From Schizochytrium sp. TIO01 (Eukaryota > Protista > Bigyra: Labyrinthulomycetes), in contig SMSO01000032.1 of the NCBI GenBank assembly GCA_004764695.1, positions 5,922,483 to 5,986,482 on the forward strand: a DNA stretch of 64,000 bases, in the 5' to 3' direction. Under the pieces are notes generated by a model. The model did not search any database, was not told where the DNA came from, and saw only the letters and a list, made by a program, of their open reading frames with translations. Below, in pieces: positions 21,535-32,092 of the stretch. Made by a program: the position numbers and the translations under genes. How positions within the stretch are numbered: the first letter of the stretch is position 1; every line of letters begins with the position of its first letter.

Positions 21535-21743
21535 GGGGGGTATCTTACAATTTAGTCTTAGGTTCTGTGAAGACTTTGTCAAATGACAAAGTGCTGACAA
21601 AACTTTGACTATTCAGGAAAGGTTGCTGAGCGGGGTTTTCAAACCAAAACGCCGCAAAAAGTCTAGATAGTGACCCTTGCACAAAAAAATTAGGTATCGC
21701 TTTTATCGCTTTTATCGCTTTTATCGCTTTTATTCGGGGGGTA
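21535..21743 (+). repeat. G-run-bounded element, copy 6 (type A)
   Basis: Same core, including the palindrome actttgtc-aaat-gacaaagt and (atcgctttt)4. Confidence 0.95.
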
Positions 21744-21812
21744 GATGGGACGTTAGAAACAAATTTTAGTAAACAGACAAAATAAAAAGGAATAAGATTC
21801 TTCTTCTTCTTC

Positions 21813-21855
<43 letters not shown>

Positions 21856-21940
21856 TATTATTGTTGAATGATTAACTACCAGGGCTCAGGTAGTTGCATA
21901 GGTTGATGCACCAAGGCCCTTGCGTCATCGATACGGTTGG

Positions 21941-22951
21941 TCAGAATGCTAGACTCTTGATCATAATCGGCTCTATCGGTGTGAAACCTGGTTTGATAAA
22001 GTGCATCTCTGACATAAAAGAAACTGGCATGGGCCCTTTGTTTTCCAACTCAATGAGTGCATCGGTAATATGCGCACACTCCCCACGATTCCCAGCATCA
22101 TCAGACTCTGGCTTGAGAAGACGGAAACAAGCAGAGCGGAAAGCATCAATAATTTCTCCAGCAAGGATGAACGAGGGCGCGGAAGTAAAGTTGTCCAGCA
22201 GACTTGTGTGGAGATGGGCAAGGTAGATCTCCAAGCTGCGTGAAAAATACCGCGTGAAGCCGGTTGCAACCAGGGCATGATAAGCCCGGATATTAATCTT
22301 AGATTTTGGGTGTGTGAGTCTGTGAAGACTGGCTGCAAGCTTTTCGAAGTATTGGCATCTTTTAGTGGTATCTGGGAAAACACCTCCTGTGCTACGGGAT
22401 ATAACATACTCTACCCGTACCTCTTCAAGGGCAGTATACACACCTGCGCCGTGTGTGACCAGATCGAAGTATGTGGGAGCTCGATTCCACAGTGAAAGCC
22501 TGTAAGCCCTCGCGTACTTTTTCCGGGGGGTCATCAAAACGTCCCCGCTCACGTACTCGTTCATGAAGATGAAAGCAAATTCCGAAATGCTCATCAAATG
22601 AATTGAGATAAGCTTTGGGTCAAAGCACGTGTTCAGAAACCGTGCGAGGCTGGGCATACCCTGAACGGACTTATCGCCTTCACACATGAAATTCACCAGT
22701 CCTTCTGCAAATGAGAGAGACCGGGGCTGGGGCTGGGGCTGGGGCTGGGGCTCGCTAAGCTTTCTCTTCTTGTCACTTGATACCATTTCCAAGGGTGGGA
22801 GCTCAGGGATTTCTCCGAAAGCGTCGCAGTCGAAAATTGCATCAAAATCTACAGTATCACACGAATCGAGGTGTTGAAACTTGCGCTTTACGGGGCTGGA
22901 GCCATCGTGTCCGTACTCGTAGGTTGGCGCGGTGAGAGAAATAATGGCCAT
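21941..22951 (-). CDS. Hypothetical protein with NLS-like motifs and a (QP)n tract
   Basis: 336 aa; PVKRKF, KKRKLSE; ACCATGG-like start context (gccatgg on + strand); AAAACCAAAAC upstream. Confidence 0.8.
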   Translation of the reverse strand: MAIISLTAPTYEYGHDGSSPVKRKFQHLDSCDTVDFDAIFDCDAFGEIPELPPLEMVSSDKKRKLSEPQPQPQPQPRSLSFAEGLVNFMCEGDKSVQGMPSLARFLNTCFDPKLISIHLMSISEFAFIFMNEYVSGDVLMTPRKKYARAYRLSLWNRAPTYFDLVTHGAGVYTALEEVRVEYVISRSTGGVFPDTTKRCQYFEKLAASLHRLTHPKSKINIRAYHALVATGFTRYFSRSLEIYLAHLHTSLLDNFTSAPSFILAGEIIDAFRSACFRLLKPESDDAGNRGECAHITDALIELENKGPMPVSFMSEMHFIKPGFTPIEPIMIKSLAF

Positions 22952-23129
22952 GGTGGATGGGTTGTTTGCAAAGCTGGTTTCTGCTCCTGTTTACTTGTTC
23001 GACTCGCTTGTCTTACTTTTTTTTGCTGGTTTGGTGTTTTGGTTTTGCTGACTTGATTTGGTGTTTTGGTTTTGATGATTTGGTTTGGTGTTTTAGTTTT
23101 TCACCCATACCACTTGTTCGCGAGGTTAG

Positions 23130-23455
23130 GGTTTCCAGCAAGGTTGCTAGGGCAGGTTGCTAGGGCAAGGTTTCCAGAACATGCTGCAGAGGCAAGGTTG
23201 CTAGGGCAAGGTTTCCAGCACAGACTGCCAAGGCAAGGTTTCCAGTGCAAGTTGCTAAGGCAAGGTTTCCAGCACAGACTGCTAGGGTAAGGTTGCTAGT
23301 GCAGGCTGCTAAGGCAAGGTTTCCAGCACAGACTGCTAAGACAGGTTTCCAGTGCAAGTTGCTAAGGCAAGGTTTCCAGCACAGACTGCTAAGACAGGTT
23401 TCCAGTGCAGGTTGCTAAGGCAAGGTTTCCAGCACAAACTGCTAAGGCAAGGTTG
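23130..23455. repeat. Degenerate ~27-bp tandem array (gttgcta[a/g]ggcaaggtttccagcacagact) between divergent genes
   Basis: About 10 interleaved units. Confidence 0.9.
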
Positions 23456-23969
23456 GATTTCCTTCCAATCTTTCCAAGAATTTCCAAGAGTTTCCAGGAA
23501 CAGGCTTCCGGTCCAAAATTGTTCAAGGAATTTTCGAGTGCGATTGGCGTTCGAATATTCGTCATTCGTCCACAACTATGTCTGCTAGGATAAGACTAAG
23601 GCTTCAGGAAGGTTTCCAGAATATTCTACCTACTCTCCAAACACAGTCACACGTGCACGCGGTGAGAGCGTCCGGCGAAACTTTCGCATAGCCCCGTATC
23701 ATAAGATCTACCAATAATGGATGGATGGCGTGAAGCAACGCTATCATCTATGATTTCTATGAATGGAATCACCATTGATACCTTACCTGATTAATTGACA
23801 GTAGTAGGAGGATACCTCGAACAGTGCGTGCGGTCATCCAAGGCAACCAAACCAAGTCAACAAAACCAAAACTCCAAACCAGCAAAACATCCAACCCAGC
23901 AAAAAGTAAGACAAGCAAACCAGCAAGCAGCCTTTTACGACCACTACCTACCTACCTTTCACCGAGAAA

Positions 23970-24524
23970 ATGAGCATTGGTGCATGCATTGACGACCTCT
24001 ATGAATACGTTGATAATCACAAGACGCAAACGCTGCTTAATTATCGCAAAAGCCTCGATGCTATCGATCGCGAGGATTGCTACAAGCCCTTTACCCGTAC
24101 ACTTATCATTCGCGTCGTGTACCTGATCCTGGGACTTGATGTCCCAGACCTCATTGCGTGTGTTCCCGACAACATGGAACTTGTGGATCAACTGAGGTCC
24201 GAGTGGGAGGAGGCTCTTACAAAGGAGTACTGCAAGAATCTCAGAAATAAAAAGCAGGATCTTATTGAAGAGTTCGATGTGGAGTGCATGGAGTCCGTTA
24301 TCGCAACTTTCGGTCTTTATAAGTCTAGGAATATTCAGCAGGAGGCTTTTGACATCCCAGAGGACTACTGCCCCGGTTGTGACGAGGTGGAGTATGGATG
24401 TTGCTGCGACAGGTGTGACGTGTGTAATGCGATTAACCCGGAGGGCAGCCGTCACCAGTACTGTGAAAAGGACTGCAAGGACTATATCTTGTATTCAGAA
24501 GACAAGCTTGTCTACCATGATTAA
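23970..24524 (+). CDS. Hypothetical protein with a C-terminal Cys/His (putative Zn-binding) cluster; family with 25337 and 26713
   Basis: KPFTR, NMEL..Q..SEWE; CPGC..CCCDRCDVC..INPEGSRH..C...C. Confidence 0.8.
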   Translation: MSIGACIDDLYEYVDNHKTQTLLNYRKSLDAIDREDCYKPFTRTLIIRVVYLILGLDVPDLIACVPDNMELVDQLRSEWEEALTKEYCKNLRNKKQDLIEEFDVECMESVIATFGLYKSRNIQQEAFDIPEDYCPGCDEVEYGCCCDRCDVCNAINPEGSRHQYCEKDCKDYILYSEDKLVYHD

Positions 24525-24652
24525 AGTAAATACCACAATTCATAATTAATTACATCTTTTATCATTAAGACACACCCAACCAACTCATCTCTCCTTCTCA
24601 TTGTTCTCCTTGTTCCCCTTCGTATTATTATCCTTCTTCTTCTAAGTAATTG

Positions 24653-24691
<39 letters not shown>

Positions 24692-24736
24692 AAACAAAGG
24701 GTCAAGTAATCATAAAAGATTCATTGCAAACTAGTG

Positions 24737-24962
24737 AAGTTCTTCCAGAGCAGTTCTTCCAGTGCAGTTCTTCCAGTGCAGCTCTTCCAGTGCAGTTTTC
24801 CAGAGCAGTTCTTCCAGTGCAGTTCTTCCAGTGCAGTTTTCCAGAGCAAAGATTCCAGAGCAGTTTTCCCGAGCAGTTTTCCAGAGCAAAGATTCCAGAG
24901 CAAAGATTCCAGAGCAGTTTTCCCGAGCAGTTTTCCAGAGCAAAGATTCCAGCGCAGTTCTT
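24737..24962. repeat. 14-bp tandem array (ttccag[a/t]gcagtt[c/t]) with gcaaagattccaga variants; shorter copy at 26275-26335
   Basis: Directly visible. Confidence 0.9.
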
Positions 24963-25210
24963 TCAACACACCTGATAGAAAAAAAATGCGTGATTGCCTG
25001 AGTAACCGTTCATGGTTGATTGAGGAATTCAATAGCGAATGACTAGGCGTTCAAACTTGATTTACCCGAATGTTTCCAAAGTGTTCCTAAGCCATTCTAG
25101 AAGACTCGGTTAAATACAAACCACCAATTCTGTTTACTAATATGATACTATGATGTAAATAGTAGCTAGTATGATAGTGTGTGATACCTAACACAGCGTC
25201 TCTGATTGGC

Positions 25211-25258
25211 AAAACCAAAACCAAAACCAAAACCAAAACCAAAACCAAAACCAAAACC
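25211..25258 (+). promoter_or_regulatory. (AAAACC)8 array, an amplified putative promoter motif; also at 26575-26616
   Basis: ~80-100 bp upstream of ATG in sense orientation; single-copy AAAACCAAAAC precedes many other genes. Confidence 0.6.
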
Positions 25259-25336
25259 AGCCAGCGAGAGTAAGTGAAGCAAACCAACTAGCAAGTAACC
25301 TTCTCACGACCACCACTTCCTATCCATTCAAGAAAA

Positions 25337-26113
25337 ATGTTCATGATCGGATTATTCGTTCAGGCGATCATAGGCTATGTTGCGAGAAACGACATGCAAG
25401 TGCTGCGCCACTACTACGATAGCCTCCATCCCAGTGACCGTGAAAATTGGATCAAGCCCTTCTCAAGATCGTTTTTCGCCCGGATCGTGTACATGATCTT
25501 GAGACTCCCCGTTCCACCCGAAATTGAACAGGAGAACCACAATATGGAACTTGCGGAACAGTTTAAGTCTGAGTGGGAAGGAGTTTTTAACCAAGTATTT
25601 CCTATGGGTCTCAATGGGCTCAATACGGAGAAAGTGAAAGCTACACTTCTCCATGAGTTAGCTCAAGAAGAGCCTTACCTTGTTGAAGAAGATGGATCGT
25701 CCTCTGAAACCGATGAGGATTCGGACGAAGAGGATTCGGACGAAGAGGATTCGGACGAAGAGGAATACCAGCAGTTTGACATTGAATCTACCAAATTGGG
25801 TGACATTGAATTTACCCAATGGTGTGACAATGACACCTTCGACGAGGTAATCATTCGCTCATTTCAGTTCACCGGCAAACAACACATCGAGGGTTTTGCG
25901 AATTGCATGTTTGTTGAAGTATTTCGTATAATTCGCGGCATGCCAGCCTTCTCCTGTCCCGGGTGTGCCCTTCCTAATGAAAATTGCGTATGTGAACATT
26001 GCGAAGGGTGCTATGTCATTAACCCCAAGGGCATGCGTCACATCTTATGCTCTCCTCAATGCCCCAAGATGGAACAGTACACGCAAGGCCAGGTCCACTA
26101 CAACGACAATTAA
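25337..26113 (+). CDS. Hypothetical protein with an acidic insert and C-terminal Cys cluster, tandem paralog of 26713..27480
   Basis: High identity; (DEEDS)n; CPGC..NCVCEHCEGC..INPKGMRHILC...C. Confidence 0.85.
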   Translation: MFMIGLFVQAIIGYVARNDMQVLRHYYDSLHPSDRENWIKPFSRSFFARIVYMILRLPVPPEIEQENHNMELAEQFKSEWEGVFNQVFPMGLNGLNTEKVKATLLHELAQEEPYLVEEDGSSSETDEDSDEEDSDEEDSDEEEYQQFDIESTKLGDIEFTQWCDNDTFDEVIIRSFQFTGKQHIEGFANCMFVEVFRIIRGMPAFSCPGCALPNENCVCEHCEGCYVINPKGMRHILCSPQCPKMEQYTQGQVHYNDN

Positions 26114-26712
26114 ATCATTTCTTTTTAAAAACTAAAGAACATTTTACTCAAACGTAGTATTTAAGACTTCTTCTTATTCATCCTTCTTCTTCTTCTTCTT
26201 ATTCGTCCTTCTTCAGTATTAAGTAATAATAATAAACAAAGGGCCAAACAATAAAAAAAAGAATCATTGCAAACTAGTGCAGTTCTTCCAGTGCAGTGTT
26301 CCAGTGCAGTTCTTCCAGAGAAGTTCTTCCAGAACACCTGTTAGAAAAAATGCATGATTACCTGAGTAACCGTCCCTGGTTGATTGAGGAATTCAATAGC
26401 GAGTGACTAGGCGTTCAAACTTGATTTCCCCGAATGTTTCCAGAGTGTTCCTAAGTCACTCTAGAAGACTCGGCTAAATACAAACCACCAATACTGTTTA
26501 CTAATATGATGCTATGATGTAAATAGTAGTTAGTATGTTAGTGTGTTTTACCTAACACAGCGTCTCTGATTGGCAAAACCAAAACCAAAACCAAAACCAA
26601 AACCAAAACCAAAACCCAACCAGCCTGCCAGCTAGCGAGAGAGAGTAAGTGAAGCAAGCCAACTAGCAAGTAAGATTTTTTACGACCACTACCTACCTAT
26701 CCATTCAAGAAA

Positions 26713-27480
26713 ATGATCATGATCGGGGTATTCGTTCAGGCGATCATATACTATGTTGCGAGAAACGACATGCCAGCGCTGCGTCGCTACTACGATAGCA
26801 TCGATCCCAGTGACCGTGAATTTTGGATCAAGCCCTTCACAAGATCGTTTTTCGCCCGGGTCCTGTACACGATCTTGAAACTCCCCGTTCCACCCGAAAT
26901 TGAACAGGAGAACCACAATATGGAACTCGTGGAACAGTTCAAGTCTGACTGGGAAGGAATTTTTAACCAAGTATTCCCTGTGGGTCTTAATGGGCTCAAT
27001 ACGGAGAAAGTGAAAGCTACACTTCTCCATGAGTTAGCTCAAGAAGAGCCTTACCTTGATGACGAAGGTGGATCGTCCTCTGAAACCGATGAGGATTCGG
27101 GAGAGGAGGATTCGGACGAAGAGGATTCGGACGAAGAGGAAAAGGACGAAGAGGAAAACCAGGAGCTTGAAGTTGAATTTAACAATTGGGGTGACAATGA
27201 CACCTTCCAGGAAGTACTCATTTGCGCATTTCAGTTCACCGGCAAACAACACATCGAGGCTTTTACACAATCCATGTTTGTTGAAGTATTTCGTATAATT
27301 CGCGGCATTCCGGGCTACTCCTGTGCCGGGTGTACCCTTCATAAGGAAAATTGCGTATGTGAACTTTGCGAAGGGTGCCGTTGCATTAACCCCAAGGGCA
27401 TGCGTCACATCTTATGCTCTTCTCAATGCCCCAAGAAGGAACAGTACACGCAAGGCCAGGTCCACTACAACGACAATTAA
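26713..27480 (+). CDS. Hypothetical protein, tandem paralog of 25337..26113
   Basis: High identity, including flanking DNA. Confidence 0.85.
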   Translation: MIMIGVFVQAIIYYVARNDMPALRRYYDSIDPSDREFWIKPFTRSFFARVLYTILKLPVPPEIEQENHNMELVEQFKSDWEGIFNQVFPVGLNGLNTEKVKATLLHELAQEEPYLDDEGGSSSETDEDSGEEDSDEEDSDEEEKDEEENQELEVEFNNWGDNDTFQEVLICAFQFTGKQHIEAFTQSMFVEVFRIIRGIPGYSCAGCTLHKENCVCELCEGCRCINPKGMRHILCSSQCPKKEQYTQGQVHYNDN

Positions 27481-27751
27481 ATCATTTCTTTTTAAAAACT
27501 AAAGAACATTTTACTCAAACGTAGTAGTTAAGACTTCTTCTTCTTCTTCTTCTTCTTCACTATTAAGTAATAATAATAATAAACAAAGGGCCAAACAATC
27601 AAAGCTCCTAATAAGAGTGCAAGGTTTACAGTCGTTGATCGCAGATGCTAGAGTCCAAAACTCACCAAGACAAACAGGGCGATTTACTAGACTGGTATGT
27701 AGTGAATACTATAAGAAATCAGATTGACTCTAAAATGATATTAAATATTTA

Positions 27752-28141
27752 TCAAGTACTTTGTGATAGAGGAACCCAGACCCGTTCAACGTATTCATTC
27801 AATGCATCAAGCGCGCCTTGCCTTGTATGAAGCGATGTTGGGAGTTTACCCGTATTTCCCCACCTCATCAGCTCACCGTCGACAATCTCCTTCAACTTCT
27901 GAGGAGGCCGGGCGCGGCGAAGGTAAAGCAAACCAAAGACGCAGTCTAAGTCCTTATTCCTTGTGAAAAAATCAACCATTTTCCAAAGCCTAAGAAGCCG
28001 GTGGTGAGTCACCGAATGCGGCGAAGGTAGCTGGAAGTGAACGCGCTTCTTGGTGATTTTCGGAGCAGTAGCCAAAGCTGAGTGCTTTTTCAAGATGGAC
28101 TTGACCATTTTTTGCGGCGGTCTGCGTCCAACAACAGCCAT
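27752..28141 (-). CDS. Small basic protein with SILK and RVxF motifs, putative PP1-interacting protein
   Basis: KSILKK followed by KKRVHF. Confidence 0.65.
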   Translation of the reverse strand: MAVVGRRPPQKMVKSILKKHSALATAPKITKKRVHFQLPSPHSVTHHRLLRLWKMVDFFTRNKDLDCVFGLLYLRRARPPQKLKEIVDGELMRWGNTGKLPTSLHTRQGALDALNEYVERVWVPLSQST

Positions 28142-28185
28142 GATGAATGAATGAATGAATGAATGAATGAATACTGGATACTTAC

Positions 28186-29265
28186 TTAATTACTTTCGTG
28201 AACGAGAGAGTTTGGCGTTTCGGTTTTGCCGCCATTATCACCACCTTTCAACCAGCGCGGGTGGGATAGGATAATCTCCATGTAAAGATCATGCATAGCG
28301 TGTGATAACTGAACACTAAGGTGATCTAGAAGAGAACACAGAGGAACGTCACCATAAAAGGCAGTACTAGAAGAACCGGTACACTTAGTGGTAGAAGAGA
28401 CCTTTACCCTCGTCAAGAACAGTTCAAACGCAAGCGCCGTGTGGATAGTGTAATTCATAGCAAATCGATCAAGGTATTCGCTACGCGTCTCCAGGTACGA
28501 GCGGTAGGTGTTCGCATAAAGGAGCATCGGAGGTAGCGCCCGTAAGCCCGAGATGACTTGATTGGCGCGCATGGCCGATTCATTTCGGAGTGAGTCACGG
28601 AGAGTTGCAGCAAGACCATTCCCAGAGGATTCCAGAGAAATTCCAGGAACAAACCCTTCCTCTAGATCGGTTGTGCGGAACCATTCATTGTAGAAACTGT
28701 CACCTTCTTCAAGAGCACCTGAGAGCAACGCACTCGAAAGCTCAGCGGCTTCGAACCGAGGCGCAGGGGGAAGTTTCCGGGAAAGTTCGTAATCGCTCGT
28801 TCGCAGAGTCATTTGGAGGAAGATCTGCGGGTGTAAATGCTGGTCGTCAATCGTAGAGTCACCGCAACCCTCCATGCAGAATTTCAGGAACTCAATCACG
28901 ATGTTGTTTACACCCGTTTCTCGGATCCAGTTCTCCAGGAACGAATGGTCTTCAGCACCGTTCTGAACAGTCACCAAGGGCCACTCGTAATCACTAGCAT
29001 CATCGATAGCACCAATGCTAGTGTCTAGCGGTTCAAGGAAGGGAAACTCATCTTCGGCAGCCTTCGCCACCCTCGGCTTCTTCTTTTGCAGAACTTGCTG
29101 ACCTTCATCAGACCCAGGCGCAACCCGCTTTGAAGACCTCCTATGAAAGTGACGCGAGAACCTCTCTGACTCACGCGCATCACCATGGCTACGCCTACGC
29201 ATACTCAACGCGCTGGCAGAGCTCAACATACCTAGCAGCATACAACAGAACAAGCTCACTTGCAC
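28186..29265 (-). CDS. Hypothetical protein (hydrophobic N-terminus, Arg-rich segment, KKKPR); start uncertain
   Basis: 359-aa ORF. Confidence 0.7.
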   Translation of the reverse strand: MQVSLFCCMLLGMLSSASALSMRRRSHGDARESERFSRHFHRRSSKRVAPGSDEGQQVLQKKKPRVAKAAEDEFPFLEPLDTSIGAIDDASDYEWPLVTVQNGAEDHSFLENWIRETGVNNIVIEFLKFCMEGCGDSTIDDQHLHPQIFLQMTLRTSDYELSRKLPPAPRFEAAELSSALLSGALEEGDSFYNEWFRTTDLEEGFVPGISLESSGNGLAATLRDSLRNESAMRANQVISGLRALPPMLLYANTYRSYLETRSEYLDRFAMNYTIHTALAFELFLTRVKVSSTTKCTGSSSTAFYGDVPLCSLLDHLSVQLSHAMHDLYMEIILSHPRWLKGGDNGGKTETPNSLVHESN

Positions 29266-29456
29266 TGCCCGAGTGATAAGGTTTTACCAGCATTCACTTG
29301 CGCCGAGCCTAAAGTGCGTAACTTAGGGACCCCCACATTAGTCTTCTGGAAACATGCATATTAAAACTTGTAGTATTCTGATAATCACAAATTACCCTGG
29401 GTACCTACCCTCGGGTGCCGCCATTTTGAGGATTCCTTGATAGGAGGTAATATGGC

Positions 29457-29663
29457 GGGGGTAGAATAAACATGCGATTTTAGGTTCGGGGAAACTAAAA
29501 ATTCAAATTCTCAACCCAAAACTCCGACTCCCCCATAGTAAAGTGACTTTTCTCCGCAGAAAATCTAGATAGTGACCCTTGCACAAAAAAAATAGGTATC
29601 GCTTTTATCGCTTTTATCGCTTTTATCGCTTTTATCGCTTTTATCGCTTTTATTCGGGGGGTA
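29457..29663 (+). repeat. G-run-bounded element, copy 7 (type B: different left half, same core), (atcgctttt)6
   Basis: GGGGGTAgaataaacatgcg...ttttctc|cgcagaaaatctagatagtgacccttgcac...; lies within an inverted repeat ~29360-29705 / ~36968-37277. Confidence 0.95.
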
Positions 29664-29834
29664 TCGTAAAGTTTTAGATGACGGAAGATTAAATAGTTTA
29701 CCCGATGGTAGTTATAGTTTCACCGACATTACCTAATCACTATCAAGCTCTAGCAACTACTCTCTTCCCTCTATTCATTATCATTATCATTATTATTATC
29801 ATTATTATTATTATTATTATTATTATTAGTTTAG

Positions 29835-30158
29835 TTATTTAATAGTAGTAGTATTATGCATAGTTCTGGTAGTAGTGGATTTGAGTAGACTCTCACAGTG
29901 TTCGATATCATTAGTGGTACTAGCAGTGATAAAGGCCATATCAGTGCGCAACATGCTCAGGTCGCGTGACCGGAAGCTTGTATCTGGTTTCTTCTGTCTG
30001 TTATGATTCTCTTGAAAGATGAACCTGAAGATGCTATCAAGCTCGTCATCAAAGCTGTGTTCTGACTTAGCCTGCTCTGTGCTAGTCATCTTGATCAAGA
30101 GCTCTTGATATGATATTTCTTGGTCAATTGGTTTAGGTTTGCGTTTTGGTTTTACCAC
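29835..30158 (-). CDS. Small hypothetical protein
   Basis: 107-aa ORF; start uncertain. Confidence 0.45.
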   Translation of the reverse strand: MVKPKRKPKPIDQEISYQELLIKMTSTEQAKSEHSFDDELDSIFRFIFQENHNRQKKPDTSFRSRDLSMLRTDMAFITASTTNDIEHCESLLKSTTTRTMHNTTTIK

Positions 30159-30384
30159 ATTGACTCAGCGGAGGAAAAAGGGAAAAAGGTAATAAAAAAA
30201 TAAATACAACTAAGGAATCGAAAACCCGATCTCTAACAATTACTACAGTTATATAATGAAAACACACCACTGTAATAACCATTCATCAATGTTCCCCGTG
30301 TTCCCCATATATTTGACACCTAAGCTAACCATATTCCCTCTTACACAATTCAAGTTTTTAATCAAACTAATAATAAATTAATTA

Positions 30385-30423
<39 letters not shown>

Positions 30424-30846
30424 TAGAGAGAAAGAGAAAGAGAAAGAGAGAGAGAGAGAGAGGAGGAGTTGCTGGGGCTTGTTGCTATGAACCCTTGACC
30501 CGGGGGTTGCTATCAATTGCACATAAGACTATATGCTGCCTACCTTCTTCCAGAACTTCATTCAATATAATACTTAACAAATAAATAAAATAAAATAAAA
30601 TAAAATAAATAATAATAATAATAATAATAATAATATGAGAGAAAGAGAGAGAGAGAGAGAAGAGTAGTTGCTAGGGCTTGTTGCTCAGGCTTGTTGCTCA
30701 GGCTTGTTGCCCAGGCTTGTTGCTATGAACCCTTGACCCGGGGGTTGCTATCAATTGCACATAAGACTATATGCTGCCTACCTTCTTCCAGAACTTCATT
30801 CAATATAATACTTAACAAATAAATAAAATAAAATAAAATAAAATAA

Positions 30847-30886
<40 letters not shown>

Positions 30887-30925
30887 TGAGAGAAAGAGAG
30901 AGAGAAGAGTAGTTGCTAGGGCCTG
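30385..30925 (+). repeat. ~238-bp tandem unit (2 copies plus a stub) of (AAT)n-(GA)n microsatellites and the core gttgctatgaacccttgacccgggggttgctatcaattgcacataag
   Basis: Cores at 30481-30527 and 30719-30765; inverted copies at 34880-35365. Confidence 0.9.
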
Positions 30926-30989
30926 TTACGTGGGATCGTTGCTACCCTCTTCCATAACCTCATTCAATAAATTCAATAACAATAGATAG

Positions 30990-31961
30990 TTACTTATTAT
31001 GATTGATAGCATCACCACTAACAAAAGGCTGAAAACTCCGACAGAGCTCCTTCCAACTAGCGCTTCCAGGAGTCGGGCATTCGTGGCATAAGGCCGAGCC
31101 ATACTCAACACGTGTACGGAAATTAAACATTGACCGAGGGAACCATTCAAGTGGATCCTTGAAAGTGCAATCATCCAGAATCCAGGAACTCACCGACAGG
31201 GAACGAATGGCAGCCTGTCGCAAGGAACATTGCAAGGCACCCGCATAAAGCGTCAGCTCATCGGCAAAGGATGCTTGATGGCCATACAACCTTAGGCGTC
31301 CCACAAAGCGTTTACCCCACTCATGTTCTAGAATACCATCTATCAAGTTGCTCAAATGAACCTTTAAAAGATACTCATACCGACGAATAACATCATCAGC
31401 AGTAGTACGCTGAGTGAAGCGTAGGGATAGTTCCAGCTCAACATCACCCAGAGAGTTGCCATACTCTGCACCCGCCGTGCGTCGAGTCACGCGACGGCTA
31501 GGGCGGACGGCCCACTGCAGAGAACGCCTCAAAGCATCGATAGAAAAAACCTTATCCACAAACATAGCGTGAGCACCAGCAGGAAGCCGATCCCCAAAAT
31601 CAGTTCCGGAGTCATCTCCTTCCCCTTCCTCGCCCACCAACTCAGGAACCAATCCGAACGCTGAAGACAAATTCGGTCTTAACACACACTCACGGAAACC
31701 ATCAAACAACGACTTGTCCCAAATCGATAGGTGTTTCTCCATCACTAGTTTGAACTCAGTAAAGGCAACACTAATTGCATCATGATATGATAGTATTTCA
31801 GAAAGCGATTCTAAACCAATATACCTGATGATGTAAAGCAAATTCCCGATATCAGTATGACTGAATCCGCTACGCTGATCGAGATTAGACCCAAGAACAT
31901 TCTGGAAACTATGAATGAAAAACAACAGTTGCTGCTCAACCTTAGCGTCTACCACCATCAC
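30990..31961 (-). CDS. Hypothetical protein (G/T-biased coding strand)
   Basis: 323-aa ORF; C-terminal LCHEC. Confidence 0.75.
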   Translation of the reverse strand: MMVVDAKVEQQLLFFIHSFQNVLGSNLDQRSGFSHTDIGNLLYIIRYIGLESLSEILSYHDAISVAFTEFKLVMEKHLSIWDKSLFDGFRECVLRPNLSSAFGLVPELVGEEGEGDDSGTDFGDRLPAGAHAMFVDKVFSIDALRRSLQWAVRPSRRVTRRTAGAEYGNSLGDVELELSLRFTQRTTADDVIRRYEYLLKVHLSNLIDGILEHEWGKRFVGRLRLYGHQASFADELTLYAGALQCSLRQAAIRSLSVSSWILDDCTFKDPLEWFPRSMFNFRTRVEYGSALCHECPTPGSASWKELCRSFQPFVSGDAINHNK

Positions 31962-32092
31962 GACTCACCACAAGCATCCATAAAACAGCTCTACCCCAAT
32001 TAGGGTTTTGCTTCAAGATTCTTCCTTTTATTTCTTTCTGTAATATTATAATTTTATTTATTTAGTTTTTAATTGATACTGCTACCATTTAT

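Noticed and set aside
21545-21856. ORFs with IKAIKAIKAI (also 35445..35639; 19426..19623 overlaps the same element)
   Set aside because: Translations of the ~200-bp element and microsatellites; frames are not conserved among copies
28186-29265. RxLR-type secreted effector
   Set aside because: A hydrophobic N-terminus and Arg-rich stretch are present, but there is no RxLR-dEER and the start is uncertain
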